Positions 35,560 through 48,129 of a stretch of 64,000 nt of DNA are shown here, in pieces. The stretch is taken from positions 40,361,821 to 40,425,820 of the forward strand of contig NC_068981.1 in NCBI RefSeq assembly GCF_001194135.2, written 5' to 3'. The number at the start of each line of letters is the position of its first letter. Positions within the stretch are counted from its first letter, which is position 1. A model generated the notes under the pieces. It saw only the letters and a program-made list of their open reading frames with translations. It did no database searches and was not told the origin of the DNA. A program made the translations under genes and the position numbers. The DNA comes from Octopus bimaculoides. Lineage: Eukaryota.

Positions 35560-35674
35560 TTTTTCAATAAAAGTTAACGTCAAAAGATTAACGTTAACTT
35601 CCGTTACATCTTCAAAGAATTAACGGATTAACAATTAATGAAGTTAACTTTTCGATTAACAATGCCCACATCTG
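35560..35674 (-). mobile_element. Terminus of a hAT-like element with GTTAAC sub-terminal repeats
   Basis: Minus strand starts cagatgtgggcattgttaatcgaaaagttaac; several gttaac/attaac motifs. Other end not found. Confidence 0.45.
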
Positions 35675-35754
35675 TATATATGCATGTTTGGTACACTATT
35701 TCGAGTAATTCTTTAAGTACCGCTTGAATATTCTATACACACATGCACACGCAC

Positions 35755-35800
<46 letters not shown>

Positions 35801-36251
35801 ACACATACACACGCACACACGCACAAATATATATTATCAATGTTACATAGTGTATATGTGTTGTTAAACGCTTTTGGGTGGCGGTATTTCAACCCGGGAA
35901 GATCCCTTTAACGACGAAGAGTGTTAAAGAAAACACATTATATCTCAAGACTAGGAGAAACGAATCGCCTCGGAAGTGAACGAAAACGACAGATATCGAT
36001 ATTTCGCTTGTCATTTCTGCTCATCGGTACCGTATGTTCAAATCACCCTTGAAACGAACTCGAATCGCTGACCTGAAGTATATGCAGAAAGAGTAAAATC
36101 TATCTGTTGATGAGCAAAAGCACCGCACATGTAAAACAGAATACAAATTTTGTGCTAGAAGTAGCTCTATGATGTGAACATTATCAACGCCACACACTTA
36201 ATATATGTGTGCCCTGGCTTCGAAGTATACTGTTTTAACATTCTACGTCTT

Positions 36252-36331
<80 letters not shown>

Positions 36332-38024
36332 GTGTGTGTGTGTGTGTATACATCCATTTGTTGTCTACACCACCTGTCTTTGTTGTTTTTACGTGAATTC
36401 TCCCTATATATGTATATAACTACGCATGAAAGCAAACGTGTGTAAGTCCAAATGCATGCCTTCCTACACATAGTTTTTTTCTTTACATATGCATTCACAT
36501 CCATATATGCTAGCAAATGTTACAATGCATCCAAATATTTTCATTACTTCTGAAAGATTAAAAAAATATCAAAAGCAAAAATCATTTAACCAAAAACAAG
36601 AGACGCAATGGAACAATTTTATGGGAGCCAACGTTGGATGCCTCTATGCAGTCACTATACATGCTAGAAATAGCAACCGAAACATTTCAAATTACGCAGT
36701 ACCCTTTAGATAAAAATGGAAGGATACTTTGGACAACGTAGTCCAGTATCCGAGGAAAATACAAACGAGATGATCATGGCTGAATTGTCTATGATCATAA
36801 GTCTGTTTGATCAGGTCTAACATGGGACTAAAGAACAATATCTGAGGGTGGGAGAGAGAGTTTATGATTCACTTCTATTTTGTGAAGCATAAATAACGCA
36901 TTCTCCATTATCCAGAGGAAAATCTGGATGAAGCTGGAAACTTTGATGTTACTAAACATGATTTTAAAATAAAATAAATAAGTAAAAAACTTCAAAGACA
37001 CGAGAATGCCAGAAACGTTTGAATGTTGGCTTGATGCTTTAGAATACTTACTTAATTTTTTGTTTTGTTTTGTTCTTGTTTTTATTTAGCCGCTATATAT
37101 AAAATAATTTCGTTTAAAAAATAGCTAAATAATAAAATAGTCGTGTTTGATCCTGTATACATAGACGCCTCATCGAAATATATATAACCATGAACCATGG
37201 GAAGGAGTCACTGGGAGGTTACTCGACTTGCTAGAAATAGCAACCAAATCTCTCATTCCACCCAGAGATTATCTCCTGCATCCTTAGGTAAAGAAAAGAT
37301 TCATTGGACATAAAGTATTGGATAGACTAGATGGCTAGTTCATCGCAGGAGCGCCTTTCTTCAGTGATTTACTCGATCAGGGTTCTTCTAGAATTAAACA
37401 ACTACATATCAACGCATCCAGCCTTCCGTCCAAGCATCCATCCATCCATTCATCCATCAAGACAGACAGACAGACAGACAGACTGATAGATATATAGAGA
37501 GAGAGTGTGAGATATTGATGATCAAGACGCTTGCTCTTAAAATAGTATTTCCTCCACAGGCCTGAATGAGTCAATACATAAAATATATTCATTCATACGT
37601 TGTATGAAGGCTTCGATAATTTTCATCGATCATTTATTGTTGAGTGCTTAAGATTTCCATTATTCACACAAAAATCCTATAAATTTTCTACACCAATTAC
37701 ATAGAGTACTCATAATAGGCTTTAGCATATAGCGTACTCAACAAAATCTGAAAGTACCATCTTCTGATTCTTTTCTTTATATTTTCTACACACAAACGCG
37801 TGAGCGCATGCATGCAAGTATCTGTGCGTTTGTGGGTGTATGTATGCCCTTAAGTATATATATATATGCAAGCATATGTTTGCATATGTATGTCTGCATG
37901 TGTATATACATATATATACATATGTGTGTGTGTGTGTGTGTGAGTGTGTGTGTGTGTGAGTGTGTGTGTGTGTGTGCATTTAAGCACTAAATGCATGTGC
38001 AATACACACACACATATATATGTG

Positions 38025-38106
<82 letters not shown>

Positions 38107-38123
38107 GAGAGAGAGAGAGAGAA

Positions 38124-38252
38124 TTATGATGAACGACAAATATTTATGCCACGCAATAACGTAATAAAGTCAATTGCTTGATCTTCATCTTCCAGCTCAT
38201 CCATCAATACTATTAATAGGCGATCAGCCTGAATAACTTCAGGATGTAGAAA
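38124..38252 (-). CDS. Candidate exon, acidic helix after a hydrophobic strand ([42 protein letters not shown])
   Basis: Open frame after catcag; weak resemblance to the TIR-domain RLIVILL-E motif or a Walker-B-like motif. Poor polypyrimidine tract. Confidence 0.25.
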   Translation of the reverse strand, partial: FLHPEVIQADRLLIVLMDELEDEDQAIDFITLLRGINICRSS

Positions 38253-38879
38253 CTGATGTTGTGACGTTCATGTTTTTCCCATCAATTTCGATTGTACATA
38301 TGTCATTGTTGCTTAGTTACAAGTCGGCTTTGATGAAGAATGTCTACGATTAAAATAGTTCCAGCCATAGCTATTCTGTTCTCTTTAATTTTATATATTT
38401 AAGATTATATTGTTCAATGTGTACTTTAGCTTCTTGTTGTTTGTTAGCTAACCTGATCGTGCAGACCAACGGTAGAAGGCTCTCTATCCTCAATCATTCC
38501 GTTTTTTTAATTTGAAATAATATAATTATGGCGTGAATAATTTTACTCAATTGATTTGAGGAAATTTCAGCTGCTATTACTAGCTGATTGAGCATTTTCG
38601 CAGAGGTCTATTTGTGGGCCCCGTATTCCTTTTGAAAGTGTTATGTCTCAACGCTACTGCTATCTAGCACCTTCGGATGATCTCTACTCAACCGCTATAC
38701 AACTGCTACTCAACACTCCTACTACGGCCAGACTACCTCTATTTATATGTCTTGGGAGATCCTACTTCTTCTCCTGGGGGTGTCGACACAACAGAAAACG
38801 GTAGGGTTTGATTTGATCAAAGGAAGAAATGGACACTATTTACAATCGCTTGATCGAAGATGACACTCTCGTGTTGAAA

Positions 38880-39360
38880 TAGCTTTCTTCTTGCTCAGTG
38901 GAAGAAAACAATTACTAAGACATCCAAACAAGTGATTTTGTTAGAACTCTCTTTTTCCTAGAAGAGCCGCAATAAAGAGGCCAACAAGATGAAGAGAATG
39001 AAATATACTGAGCTGGTAGTGGTATGCCGAAACAGCAGGTGTTGAGCATGGTGTTATCACATCAGGGTGGGATGCAATGGGTTCGCAAGCTGTTTCTCTG
39101 CAGACTCAAAACATGCTGAGCATCATAAAGGTCTTTAAACAGAAGACTATCAAGTTGACCACCGAGACAATAGTAGTTGCTTCAAGATTAATGCGAATCA
39201 GAAGAGCGAACCACAGATGGACAAGTGCTACCTGGATACAATCCGAGGGTTGATCAAATTTAGATACGTCTTCCGGGCGAGGGTGTGTGCTGTAAGACCC
39301 AATATACCACCAATACCCTAGATAACATCACTGAGTATGTGTTCAGGCATATCACAAGTT
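38880..39360 (+). mobile_element. HERO-like (R2 superfamily, REL endonuclease) LINE 3' end
   Basis: SKQVILLELSFS*EERNKEANKMKRMKYTELVVVCR..AWCYHIRVGCNGFA fits VILLELTVPWE..RK..KY.EL..EVGCRGF. The 3'UTR has ccgggcgagggtgt...gacc. Confidence 0.8.
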
Positions 39361-39631
39361 GAAAACGAAAAGAGCATCTTTTTTCTTTTCAAACAAGCAT
39401 TGGAAACCATATAAGATGTTTAGTAGAAAGTGGGTTATACATCTTTAGATTGTATACCTGACTTTCTACTATAAAATTAAAGAAATTGACGGGACGCTGA
39501 ACTCTAGACTAAACAACTTAAACAACATTTATTTACTTGGTAAAACATACATATCTTTAGTTATACATCTTTAGAGGTGAGAATAACTAGCTGTCGAGTA
39601 TAAGACCGAAAGATGTAGAGACAGCTTTTAA

Positions 39632-39910
39632 ACATACGTCCATGCTCAATCGCTGGCCAGCGAGAAAGAGAATGAATTGAGCGGGAAACGCTTGCTTTAT
39701 TAATTCTACGCATGCGTAAGACTACGCATGCGCAGGCGTTACTACAGATGAAATTCTGCTTTTCCGCGGTCCTAGCAACCCAAAGGTCGGCACTGCTTTC
39801 AACTTCACAGGATTTAGTAAATAAATTCTGATCAAATACTGGAGAGGTTTTAATTTAATCAGCTATACCTTCTCGTAAAATAATCTCTAGCTTGGGTCAC
39901 TGAAGTATGT
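39632..39910. promoter_or_regulatory. CpG-enriched promoter-like island with E2F-, NRF1- and RFX-type motifs
   Basis: gcgggaaa 39681-88; tacgcatgcgta 39707-18; tacgcatgcgca 39723-34; actaca 39741-46; cctagcaac 39771-79; gtatgt donors on both strands (39905 +, 39637 -). Confidence 0.5.
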
Positions 39911-40558
39911 AGAATTTATCATTTGTACCACAGCCTGGTGATGACATATGTTAATACGCTTCAGGCTTTCTTGTTTTAATCTAAATAGATTTCAGAGAGT
40001 TTATTTATTTTTCTTCATTTATTTATTATTTCCTGTTCCAGTATAAAAAAAACAGACTTTGCATGTGGGAACCGACAGCCATCTAGCCAAACTATAGAGT
40101 CAGAAGCATTTAGAATTTGGAGGAATACAAGATGGTGAACTTCGTCGTTTTCTTCTCAAAATCAGACAGTTTCAAGATGCGAAATATGATAAATGATTGA
40201 TCGGAAGGGGTGCCTCCTCGATCAACAGATTTGGGTTCATCGCATTTCTTTTTAAAGATTGCTGTTTATTAGTTTAATAAATGTCACGAGGGCTACCATA
40301 ACTAATACGATTCAACAGTATAATTGAAAATCTACTAGAACTTTAAAAAAGCGTCACGATTGCTCGATGGTCATGCTGAGAATTGTCAATCTAAAATATT
40401 AAGTTTATTTAGAAATACAATAGGTTCTTTCACTTATCTTTTCCAAAGATTACTTCTATTATAAAGAAGTAAACTTAAAGAACTTTGCAATTGTTCTAGG
40501 ACTCTATAATGATCTTGTGCATGTCTGTGTGTTTACATACATACATATATACATACAT

Positions 40559-40600
<42 letters not shown>

Positions 40601-41421
40601 NNNNNNNNNNNNNNNNNNNNNNNNNNNNNNNNNNNNNNNNNNNNNNNNNNNNNNNNNNNNNNNNNNNNNNNNNNNNNNNNNNNNNNNNNNNNNNNNNNNN
40701 NNNNNNNNNNNNNNNNNNNNNNNNNNNNNNNNNNNNNNNNNNNNNNNNNNNNNNNNNNNNNNNNNNNNNNNNNNNNNNNNNNNNNNNNNNNNNNNNNNNN
40801 NNNNNNNNNNNNNNNNNNNNNNNNNNNNNNNNNNNNNNNNNNNNNNNNNNNNNNNNNNNNNNNNNNNNNNNNNNNNNNNNNNNNNNNATATATATATGCA
40901 TACACACACATACACACACTTACATTATCAATGTATGTAATGTACATATTTCGTCCCAGAAAGTCATCCATTAGTGAACACGAACTAACGTGATAGGCAA
41001 TACCCCGTTTGCCTGACATACTAGAAATAGTAGCCAAATAATCTCGATTCACACCCTACCAACTTTTAAAAGAAGGAAGGCCACATTCGCTCATCGGTCT
41101 ATTCAACATGAGGTTGACCTGGGGCTAAACAACCACAACAACTAATAGCATGCATTAAATAGGAAAACATGATTTTTCACTGCTGCTATGTCAAGCAGGT
41201 GGTCAACTTGTCCATTTATTAGTGCTACGAACTCTCCCACCTCTTTACCGATATTGTTAGTTCGCTACGACAAAATTAGCTTTTATGCAGCTGTACGTAG
41301 CTGAAGACAGAATTTTGATATATTCATATGTGGGTGGTGATGTAAATAACCGAGGCAATATTATAGGAATCATTTTGATGATAAATTAAGAACACAGCTC
41401 TAAGAATATTGAATATTGCGT

Positions 41422-41422
<1 letters not shown>

Positions 41423-41496
<74 letters not shown>

Positions 41497-41523
41497 GGAT
41501 GGATAGATAGATAGATAGATAGA
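41423..41523. repeat. (TAGA)n tetranucleotide microsatellite
   Basis: Direct reading. Confidence 0.95.
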
Positions 41524-41601
41524 TAGAAGGATGGAAGGGTGACTGGATGGATGGATGGGATACTTACATATATGTTTACACACACACACACACACACACA
41601 C

Positions 41602-41647
<46 letters not shown>

Positions 41648-41691
41648 GGTGGTTGTCTACTCCTTAAACAGAGTTTGACCACCTCCTGCAC

Positions 41692-41899
41692 CTACACCTT
41701 AGCCCTTTCATGGCGTCTGATGTGGCTTTTTAAACCAGACAGTGTTTTGAAAAAACACCCACACAGATTGCACCTCTGATTTGCACTACCAATACCTGCA
41801 AGTAAGTTCTGCTCATTGTGGATCCTAACATGTCTTTTAAGACCCCCATTGGATTTGCAAACCCTCTGGCACACACCACATTCAAACGTGTGCACAGAC
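41692..41899 (-). mobile_element. Two C2H2 zinc fingers, most likely the C-terminus of an RTE-type LINE ORF
   Basis: CGVCQRVCKSNGGLKRHVRIH and CNLCGCFFKTLSGLKSHIRRH*. No TGEKP linker. Upstream hidden in gap N41900-42749. Confidence 0.6.
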
Positions 41900-42749
41900 N
41901 NNNNNNNNNNNNNNNNNNNNNNNNNNNNNNNNNNNNNNNNNNNNNNNNNNNNNNNNNNNNNNNNNNNNNNNNNNNNNNNNNNNNNNNNNNNNNNNNNNNN
42001 NNNNNNNNNNNNNNNNNNNNNNNNNNNNNNNNNNNNNNNNNNNNNNNNNNNNNNNNNNNNNNNNNNNNNNNNNNNNNNNNNNNNNNNNNNNNNNNNNNNN
42101 NNNNNNNNNNNNNNNNNNNNNNNNNNNNNNNNNNNNNNNNNNNNNNNNNNNNNNNNNNNNNNNNNNNNNNNNNNNNNNNNNNNNNNNNNNNNNNNNNNNN
42201 NNNNNNNNNNNNNNNNNNNNNNNNNNNNNNNNNNNNNNNNNNNNNNNNNNNNNNNNNNNNNNNNNNNNNNNNNNNNNNNNNNNNNNNNNNNNNNNNNNNN
42301 NNNNNNNNNNNNNNNNNNNNNNNNNNNNNNNNNNNNNNNNNNNNNNNNNNNNNNNNNNNNNNNNNNNNNNNNNNNNNNNNNNNNNNNNNNNNNNNNNNNN
42401 NNNNNNNNNNNNNNNNNNNNNNNNNNNNNNNNNNNNNNNNNNNNNNNNNNNNNNNNNNNNNNNNNNNNNNNNNNNNNNNNNNNNNNNNNNNNNNNNNNNN
42501 NNNNNNNNNNNNNNNNNNNNNNNNNNNNNNNNNNNNNNNNNNNNNNNNNNNNNNNNNNNNNNNNNNNNNNNNNNNNNNNNNNNNNNNNNNNNNNNNNNNN
42601 NNNNNNNNNNNNNNNNNNNNNNNNNNNNNNNNNNNNNNNNNNNNNNNNNNNNNNNNNNNNNNNNNNNNNNNNNNNNNNNNNNNNNNNNNNNNNNNNNNNN
42701 NNNNNNNNNNNNNNNNNNNNNNNNNNNNNNNNNNNNNNNNNNNNNNNNN

Positions 42750-42785
<36 letters not shown>

Positions 42786-42796
42786 ATATATATACA

Positions 42797-44395
42797 CCAG
42801 TCAGCTCCAGTTCGTGTTCGAGCATTAAGTTCGTCAGTTTCCATCCAGTCTCCTCGGCTGATGTTTGTGCAGAAATTGACTTTGGAGTTCAAGTCGGTGG
42901 TGAAAGAGTCGTGGGCAGAACTTGCACGGGATGGTCAGTGCGTTTTGCCTCCTCATTCTGTTGTCAGTTCTTTGCGAAGGAGTTGGCTCCATTGCGGATA
43001 GCAGTACTCTATGCTGTCCTATCCATGCCAATCTGTTCTCATGAGGAATGCTGGATGTTAGCTTGCGCCAAGGTCCGTCAGAGCTGGTCTTTAAAACAAA
43101 ATTTCGGACCTCCTCTGGGTCTTGTTCCGATTGCAAGTTCTCCGTAGAGCATGATCCTTGGGAGACGAGAGGACTCCATACGCTGGACGTGACTCGACCA
43201 GCGGAGATGATGGCGTAGACACTTGGTAGCGTGATCTTCCCATTGTATGTTGAAGATCTGTCGTAGCTTCGATTGCTGGAAGCATTCAAGGTGCTTGAAA
43301 TCACGGCGGTACAACGACCAATTCTCACAAGAGTAAAGTTGGCAGGACAATGGCACGGAAGACCCATGATCTTTGTCCGGATGGTCAGCGCATGATTGAA
43401 GAATACACACTGGCTGAGTCTGCCAGAGGCAGAGTGCGCCGCCCCAATCCGGTTCTCCACATCCCTTTCACACGTGGGGATCTTCGAAAGGATACTTCCA
43501 AGTATTTCGACTTCTTCTAGGGATTGGCCGTTGATGCTAATGTTTGTGGCTGGCCTCTTCTGGCCTGGTGCAGGTTGGATCAGTGTCTTGGTCTTTAATG
43601 TGTTTACCTGCATCCCGAAGCGTTCGTAAGCCGTGTTGTAAAGATCTGCCGTCCTTTGTAGGCCATCTGCGGTCCGGCTCGGAGTAGCATTGTCATCGGC
43701 ATACTGCATCTCACGGACTGAGATAGATGAGGCCCTTGCCTTTGCACGGAGGCGTGCGAGATTGAAGAATTCACCATCCAAGCGATAGCGCATGTTGATG
43801 GAAGGCGAGTCTAGTAAGATTTCGATTGAACATGGCGGCTATGTACGAAGAGAAACAGGTTGGTGCCAGGACGCATCCTTGCTTAAGACCCCCAGTGATG
43901 GGAAACGGGTCTGTGAGAGCATTTTGATGGCATACCTTACCCATCATGCCGTCGTGGAGGGAGCGCACTAAGGCAATGAAGTCCTCTGGACATTCAAACC
44001 GAGCAAGAATGGCCCACATTGCAGGACGAGGGGGGACCTTGTCAAAGGCCTTCTTTAGATCCCAGATGAACATTGCAGGCTGTTGTTGTTCCTGACACAT
44101 TCTCCTGGAGTTGACGGGCACAAAAGATCATGTCGATTGTGCCTCGAGGGGGTCGAAAGCCACACTGAGACTCGGGGAGCACATCTTCCGCGAGGATGAG
44201 CAAGTGATTGAGTAGGATATGGGCGAAGATCTCACTTGCAATACTCAGGAGTGAGATGGCCCGATAGTTGTTGCAATCCTCTCGGATGGTGATGATAGTT
44301 ACATCGCGGAAATCGTTCGGGGATGTCTTGCTTTCCTAGATCTTGAGGATAAGGAGCATCAGATGATTTTTCAACTCAGGACCTCCGTCTGGGAA
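42797..44395 (-). mobile_element. RTE-BovB-like LINE, 5'-truncated, frameshifted
   Basis: DLKKAFDKV...GLKQGCVLAPTCF...YRLDGEFFNLARLRAK...MQYADD...RLPRIMLYGELAIGTRPRGGPK..FKDQL, with terminal CKFCPRLF. Confidence 0.95.
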
Positions 44396-45055
44396 GACAC
44401 AGAAGAACAAGTAAGCAGACCTGTGGGACTCAAACAACAGGTAGAGCGGACATAGGAGAGTGCGCAGCAAAGTAAGATTAATTGGTCAATGCAAGCATTC
44501 TTCCAACGTCTCCCAGTCCTTTGTGCAAGCTGTCTACGATGTCCTGGTAAGCCAAATAATCGCTAAAGCAAGAAGATACTATGACTGGCAGCTGCGTGTT
44601 AGTTTGGGAGATTGCCGAAGTTTCCACACTACATAGTAGTAATAACATCCTGACCAAATATAATCACCTCTCAAGCAATAAGACAACAGATTCTGCTGGA
44701 ACATACAGTAAGGATGAGTGCTTTGAAGAAACCATTGACAGAAAACGTACGAAGTACAAAGAATTGGTGAAGTGCCAGAACAGAGGTTCGAAAACACATT
44801 ATGAAACTATAAAGATGTCTGTAGAGAGTTTGCAAGACAATCATTTTGAAAAGTCTTCAGCCTTATCAAGCTTTATTATTGAGGTGGCAACGAAGCTGCA
44901 ATGAAAGATAAGATAGCTGGATTAAGATAGCTGGATCTATGGGTTGATGTCTTTTGATTCTAGGACTCATTCGGAGTATGGTGTTGAAAGACCTAAACAA
45001 CCTTATGATCCGAAATCATATCGCAGAGGATGGTTCTCAGTTTATCCAGGAAACC
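44395..45055 (+). mobile_element. HERO-like REL LINE 3' fragment with internal deletions
   Basis: VGLKQQ, FVQAVYDVL, then RKRTKYKELVKCQNRG. The 3'UTR resembles 39260-39360. Confidence 0.8.
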
Positions 45056-45150
45056 AGAGGTATCTTGCACGCGCGCGCACACGCACACACAAACACACGT
45101 TTATGTATATGTGTGTGCATGTGTACATGCGTGTGTGTGTGTGTGTGCGT

Positions 45151-45195
<45 letters not shown>

Positions 45196-45372
45196 TGTGT
45201 GTGTGTGTGTGTGTACCTGCCTGAATGAAAAAACACAAGCAAAAATCTTAGAGTAGCAATGAGTGAATCATCAGCTTCGATCAAATAAATTAACTCTACT
45301 GCATGCAGTGAATAATTGTTCTCTTCTTTATAAACCCAAATGCGCCTGCGTAAGTATTTGAATGGAGAGAGA

Positions 45373-45403
<31 letters not shown>

Positions 45404-46444
45404 GGGGGTATGTAATGAAATTAATTTATCATTGTTTACGGTGATAAAATTCTTGGCAGATTGATAGCAGCTTTAGTAGACATTATTTGAATACTAAATT
45501 AAATTAATTAAGGTGTAGCAGCACAGGTTCTAAACAAAAAAGAAAAAACACATTTGTAATTCAAATAAATTCTTGTCAAGAAGCTTGTCTCGTTTTTTAG
45601 ATATATTTATATATATATATATNNNNNNNNNNNNNNNNNNNNNNNNNNNNNNNNNNNNNNNNNNNNNNNNATTTATATGTACTATATGGTAGTACATTAA
45701 CTTTTTCAAATGTAAAATAAAATTCTACATTGGTTTCTACTGTAGGTATAGGTCACAAATTAGATTGGGAATGAGAACAGTTGACTAAATGGAACCAGGT
45801 AAATATTTTACATCGGAGATGCTTTGCCACACGCATCAACTGCAGGAGCAAGTCAGTGATATTGTAAGTTATTCTTCTGAATCCATTGCAGAGTTGGAAA
45901 TCTTTCTGTATCATCAGTAGATATCTCCGGGTTACAAGCGTTTCGCCCCTGTACACTTCGTCTGAGTGCGGCAGCGAGAACTGAGTTAGTCTTTGGCTGC
46001 GTAAGGGTTCCACCTGCGATCTCTTGTTAATCACAACTGCAAAAGAAGTTGACTACAGTGGAATTTGAACTCGAAATGTAAAGCGATGTGAATAGATGTC
46101 AACAATTTGGCCGACTCTCTGCCCCTTCTGCTGATCCTTAATGTAATTTTAAACATTGTCATTATATCCATACATTTCAAGAGAGGGTGTAGTCAATTAG
46201 ATCGCTACAATATTTGACCGAAACTTTATTTTATTGATATCGAAAGGTAAGGTTGATCTCGTATGAATTTGAACTCAGAATGTAAAAGACTACAACAAAA
46301 TACAGCGAAGTACTTTGTCCGACTAACGATTTCATCAATTCATCACCTTGCTATTCCATACTATTGCATTACGAGCAATTTATTAGGTCACAATGATACC
46401 ACTAAAGGTTTAAAATGTACTGTCATCATCATTATCAAGTCTCC

Positions 46445-46850
46445 TTAACTCGTGCAGCCAGTTGTTGGGTTGCCAGTCTATACGCTTTTGCAGTCAGATG
46501 TCGCCACTAGTCTCTCTTCTTTGTCATGCGCATCAGGATCGAGATGTTTTGAGTTGACCAGTTCTTAATGTTATTATTCAAGGACTTTCTTTGACTGCCC
46601 ATCCTTCGCTCTCCCTCTATTGTGCCCTGAATGGTTTTGGACAGTGAGTTGTAGTGGGATACGTGACAGTACCAGGAAAGCTTCCGTCTTTTTATCTATC
46701 TGAGAGCGTTGACTTCCTGCCAGACAAACCTACGAGATGTGTAACAGCCATCTGAAGCACTCACGCTCAAAAATGCCTAGATTCTTCGTCGTGTCAGCTG
46801 TGAGAGTTAAATTTTCATACCCATACAGAAGGAGTGAAATCACCAAATAT
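46445..46850 (-). mobile_element. RTE-like LINE 3' fragment
   Basis: KRRKLSWYCHVSHYNSLSKTI.QGTIEGERR motif. Confidence 0.75.
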
Positions 46851-47019
46851 TAAATAGCGTTTCTCTAAGTGGGCAGTATCATCCCAGGGGCAGAGTGGGC
46901 GCTGGGGACAAAAGGAGTGGTTGGAGACGAGAAATGCACCTGTACGGTTCTTTTTTTTTAATCTTTGCTTTTGTTTTTAATATCAATTTTAAAATTTTTT
47001 TTAATGCATTAGTATGATA

Positions 47020-47335
47020 AGCCACTGCTTGGTATTGCCCTGGTGCAGTACGAGGCAGTGGCTCATGCCTTCTGATCTTAAGTGACTGGAAGTGTTATCA
47101 TGTACATTGTTCTGTCTTGGTATAAAAGATGGGCTACAGCAAATATTCTGCTCAATACCACAGATTTGCTTGTCAGTTGTTTGACTTTAACCAGTTGAGC
47201 ATGTCCCTTAGTGGCTGATGATATGTGCATCTCTGATCACGAGCAGAAGTAGTGGGGGAGCATCATAGCCATGTGCTGAGGGGAATTCTTTGGGGTTTGG
47301 ATAATTCACCTTTGGAAACATGGGTGTCTTTACAA
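47020..47335 (+). repeat. Dispersed repeat of unknown class
   Basis: Sequence ...gatatgtgcatctctgatcacgagcagaagtagtgggggagcatcatagcc... recalled as a common octopus repeat; single copy in this window. Confidence 0.45.
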
Positions 47336-47529
47336 TGAAGACAGTGTAGCGGAAGCATAGTGATTTCATATTAACCCCCACCCATCCCCCCACGTATTTC
47401 ATTTTACGCTCTTCCTCGGTAACTTGAAATTGTGTTCGTATAACCTGCAGGTAGGATGAAATCAATTTCAAATTACCCCTAGGTGGTAGTTGGAAGCTTT
47501 CAAATTACTCAAAGCACTTATTTAGAGAA

Positions 47530-47561
47530 GCAGCAGCACTAGCAGTAGTAGTAGTAGCAGC

Positions 47562-47615
<54 letters not shown>

Positions 47616-47660
47616 TGTGGCGGCGGCGGTGGTGGTGGTGGTGGTAGAGGAGGAGGAGTT
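47530..47660. repeat. Compound (AGC)(AGT)n(GGY)n(GGA)n trinucleotide repeat
   Basis: Direct reading; source of the poly-L/poly-P ORF. Confidence 0.9.
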
Positions 47661-47735
47661 TGGTTGTTGTCGTGGTGTGGAACACGGCTCAGACTAACCC
47701 GAGATGGCAAGGTGATAAAACTAAATCGATTTTAG

Positions 47736-47863
47736 ATTATGGAGAAGCAACAGGCACAGGAGTTAGATTGAAGTCTTTTTATACCAGGCTCAAGTCACTA
47801 ACTTTTGGTCTCTTAACAGGTATTTTAGTTGTCAATTTGCTCGCGTATCAACGGTTTCGTTAA
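47736..47863 (+). CDS. Candidate terminal exon encoding a hydrophobic C-terminal tail (YGEATGTGVRLKSFYTRLKSLTFGLLTGILVVNLLAYQRFR*)
   Basis: Acceptor ctaaatcgattttag; small residues ATGTG, a basic spacer and a 17-aa hydrophobic stretch (GPI-signal- or tail-anchor-like). Confidence 0.3.
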
Positions 47864-48129
47864 AGGCATTTAGCGAATCAGAACTGAATCACAGATTGAT
47901 ATTGATTTTTTTTTTAAACATTGGATTAAGATCTAATTTCTTTTTTTTTTTTTTTTTTGTAAATGAAGGTTGTTACCGAAAAAAGGCTCCATGTATTACT
48001 GTTATTTTATATACCCCTAGTCAGATGGAATTCAAAATGACTTTTTAATCGACTCGGCCGAGGAAAGATGACTCAAATTAGTGCAATTATTGTAATTATT
48101 CTGAAATTTTGCTGCCTCTGACCACCCCA

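Noticed and set aside
36916-36980. Short plus-strand terminal exon EENLDEAGNFDVTKHDFKIK* with AATAAA
   Set aside because: Too short to distinguish from chance in AT-rich DNA, and no in-phase upstream exon was found.
41692-41899. Member of the octopus C2H2-ZNF gene expansion
   Set aside because: Only two fingers, no TGEKP linker, and an ending typical of RTE ORFs; kept as a LINE-derived call.
45750-46034. 93-aa minus ORF and overlapping short frames
   Set aside because: No coherent splice signals or homology, and it abuts a SINE fragment.
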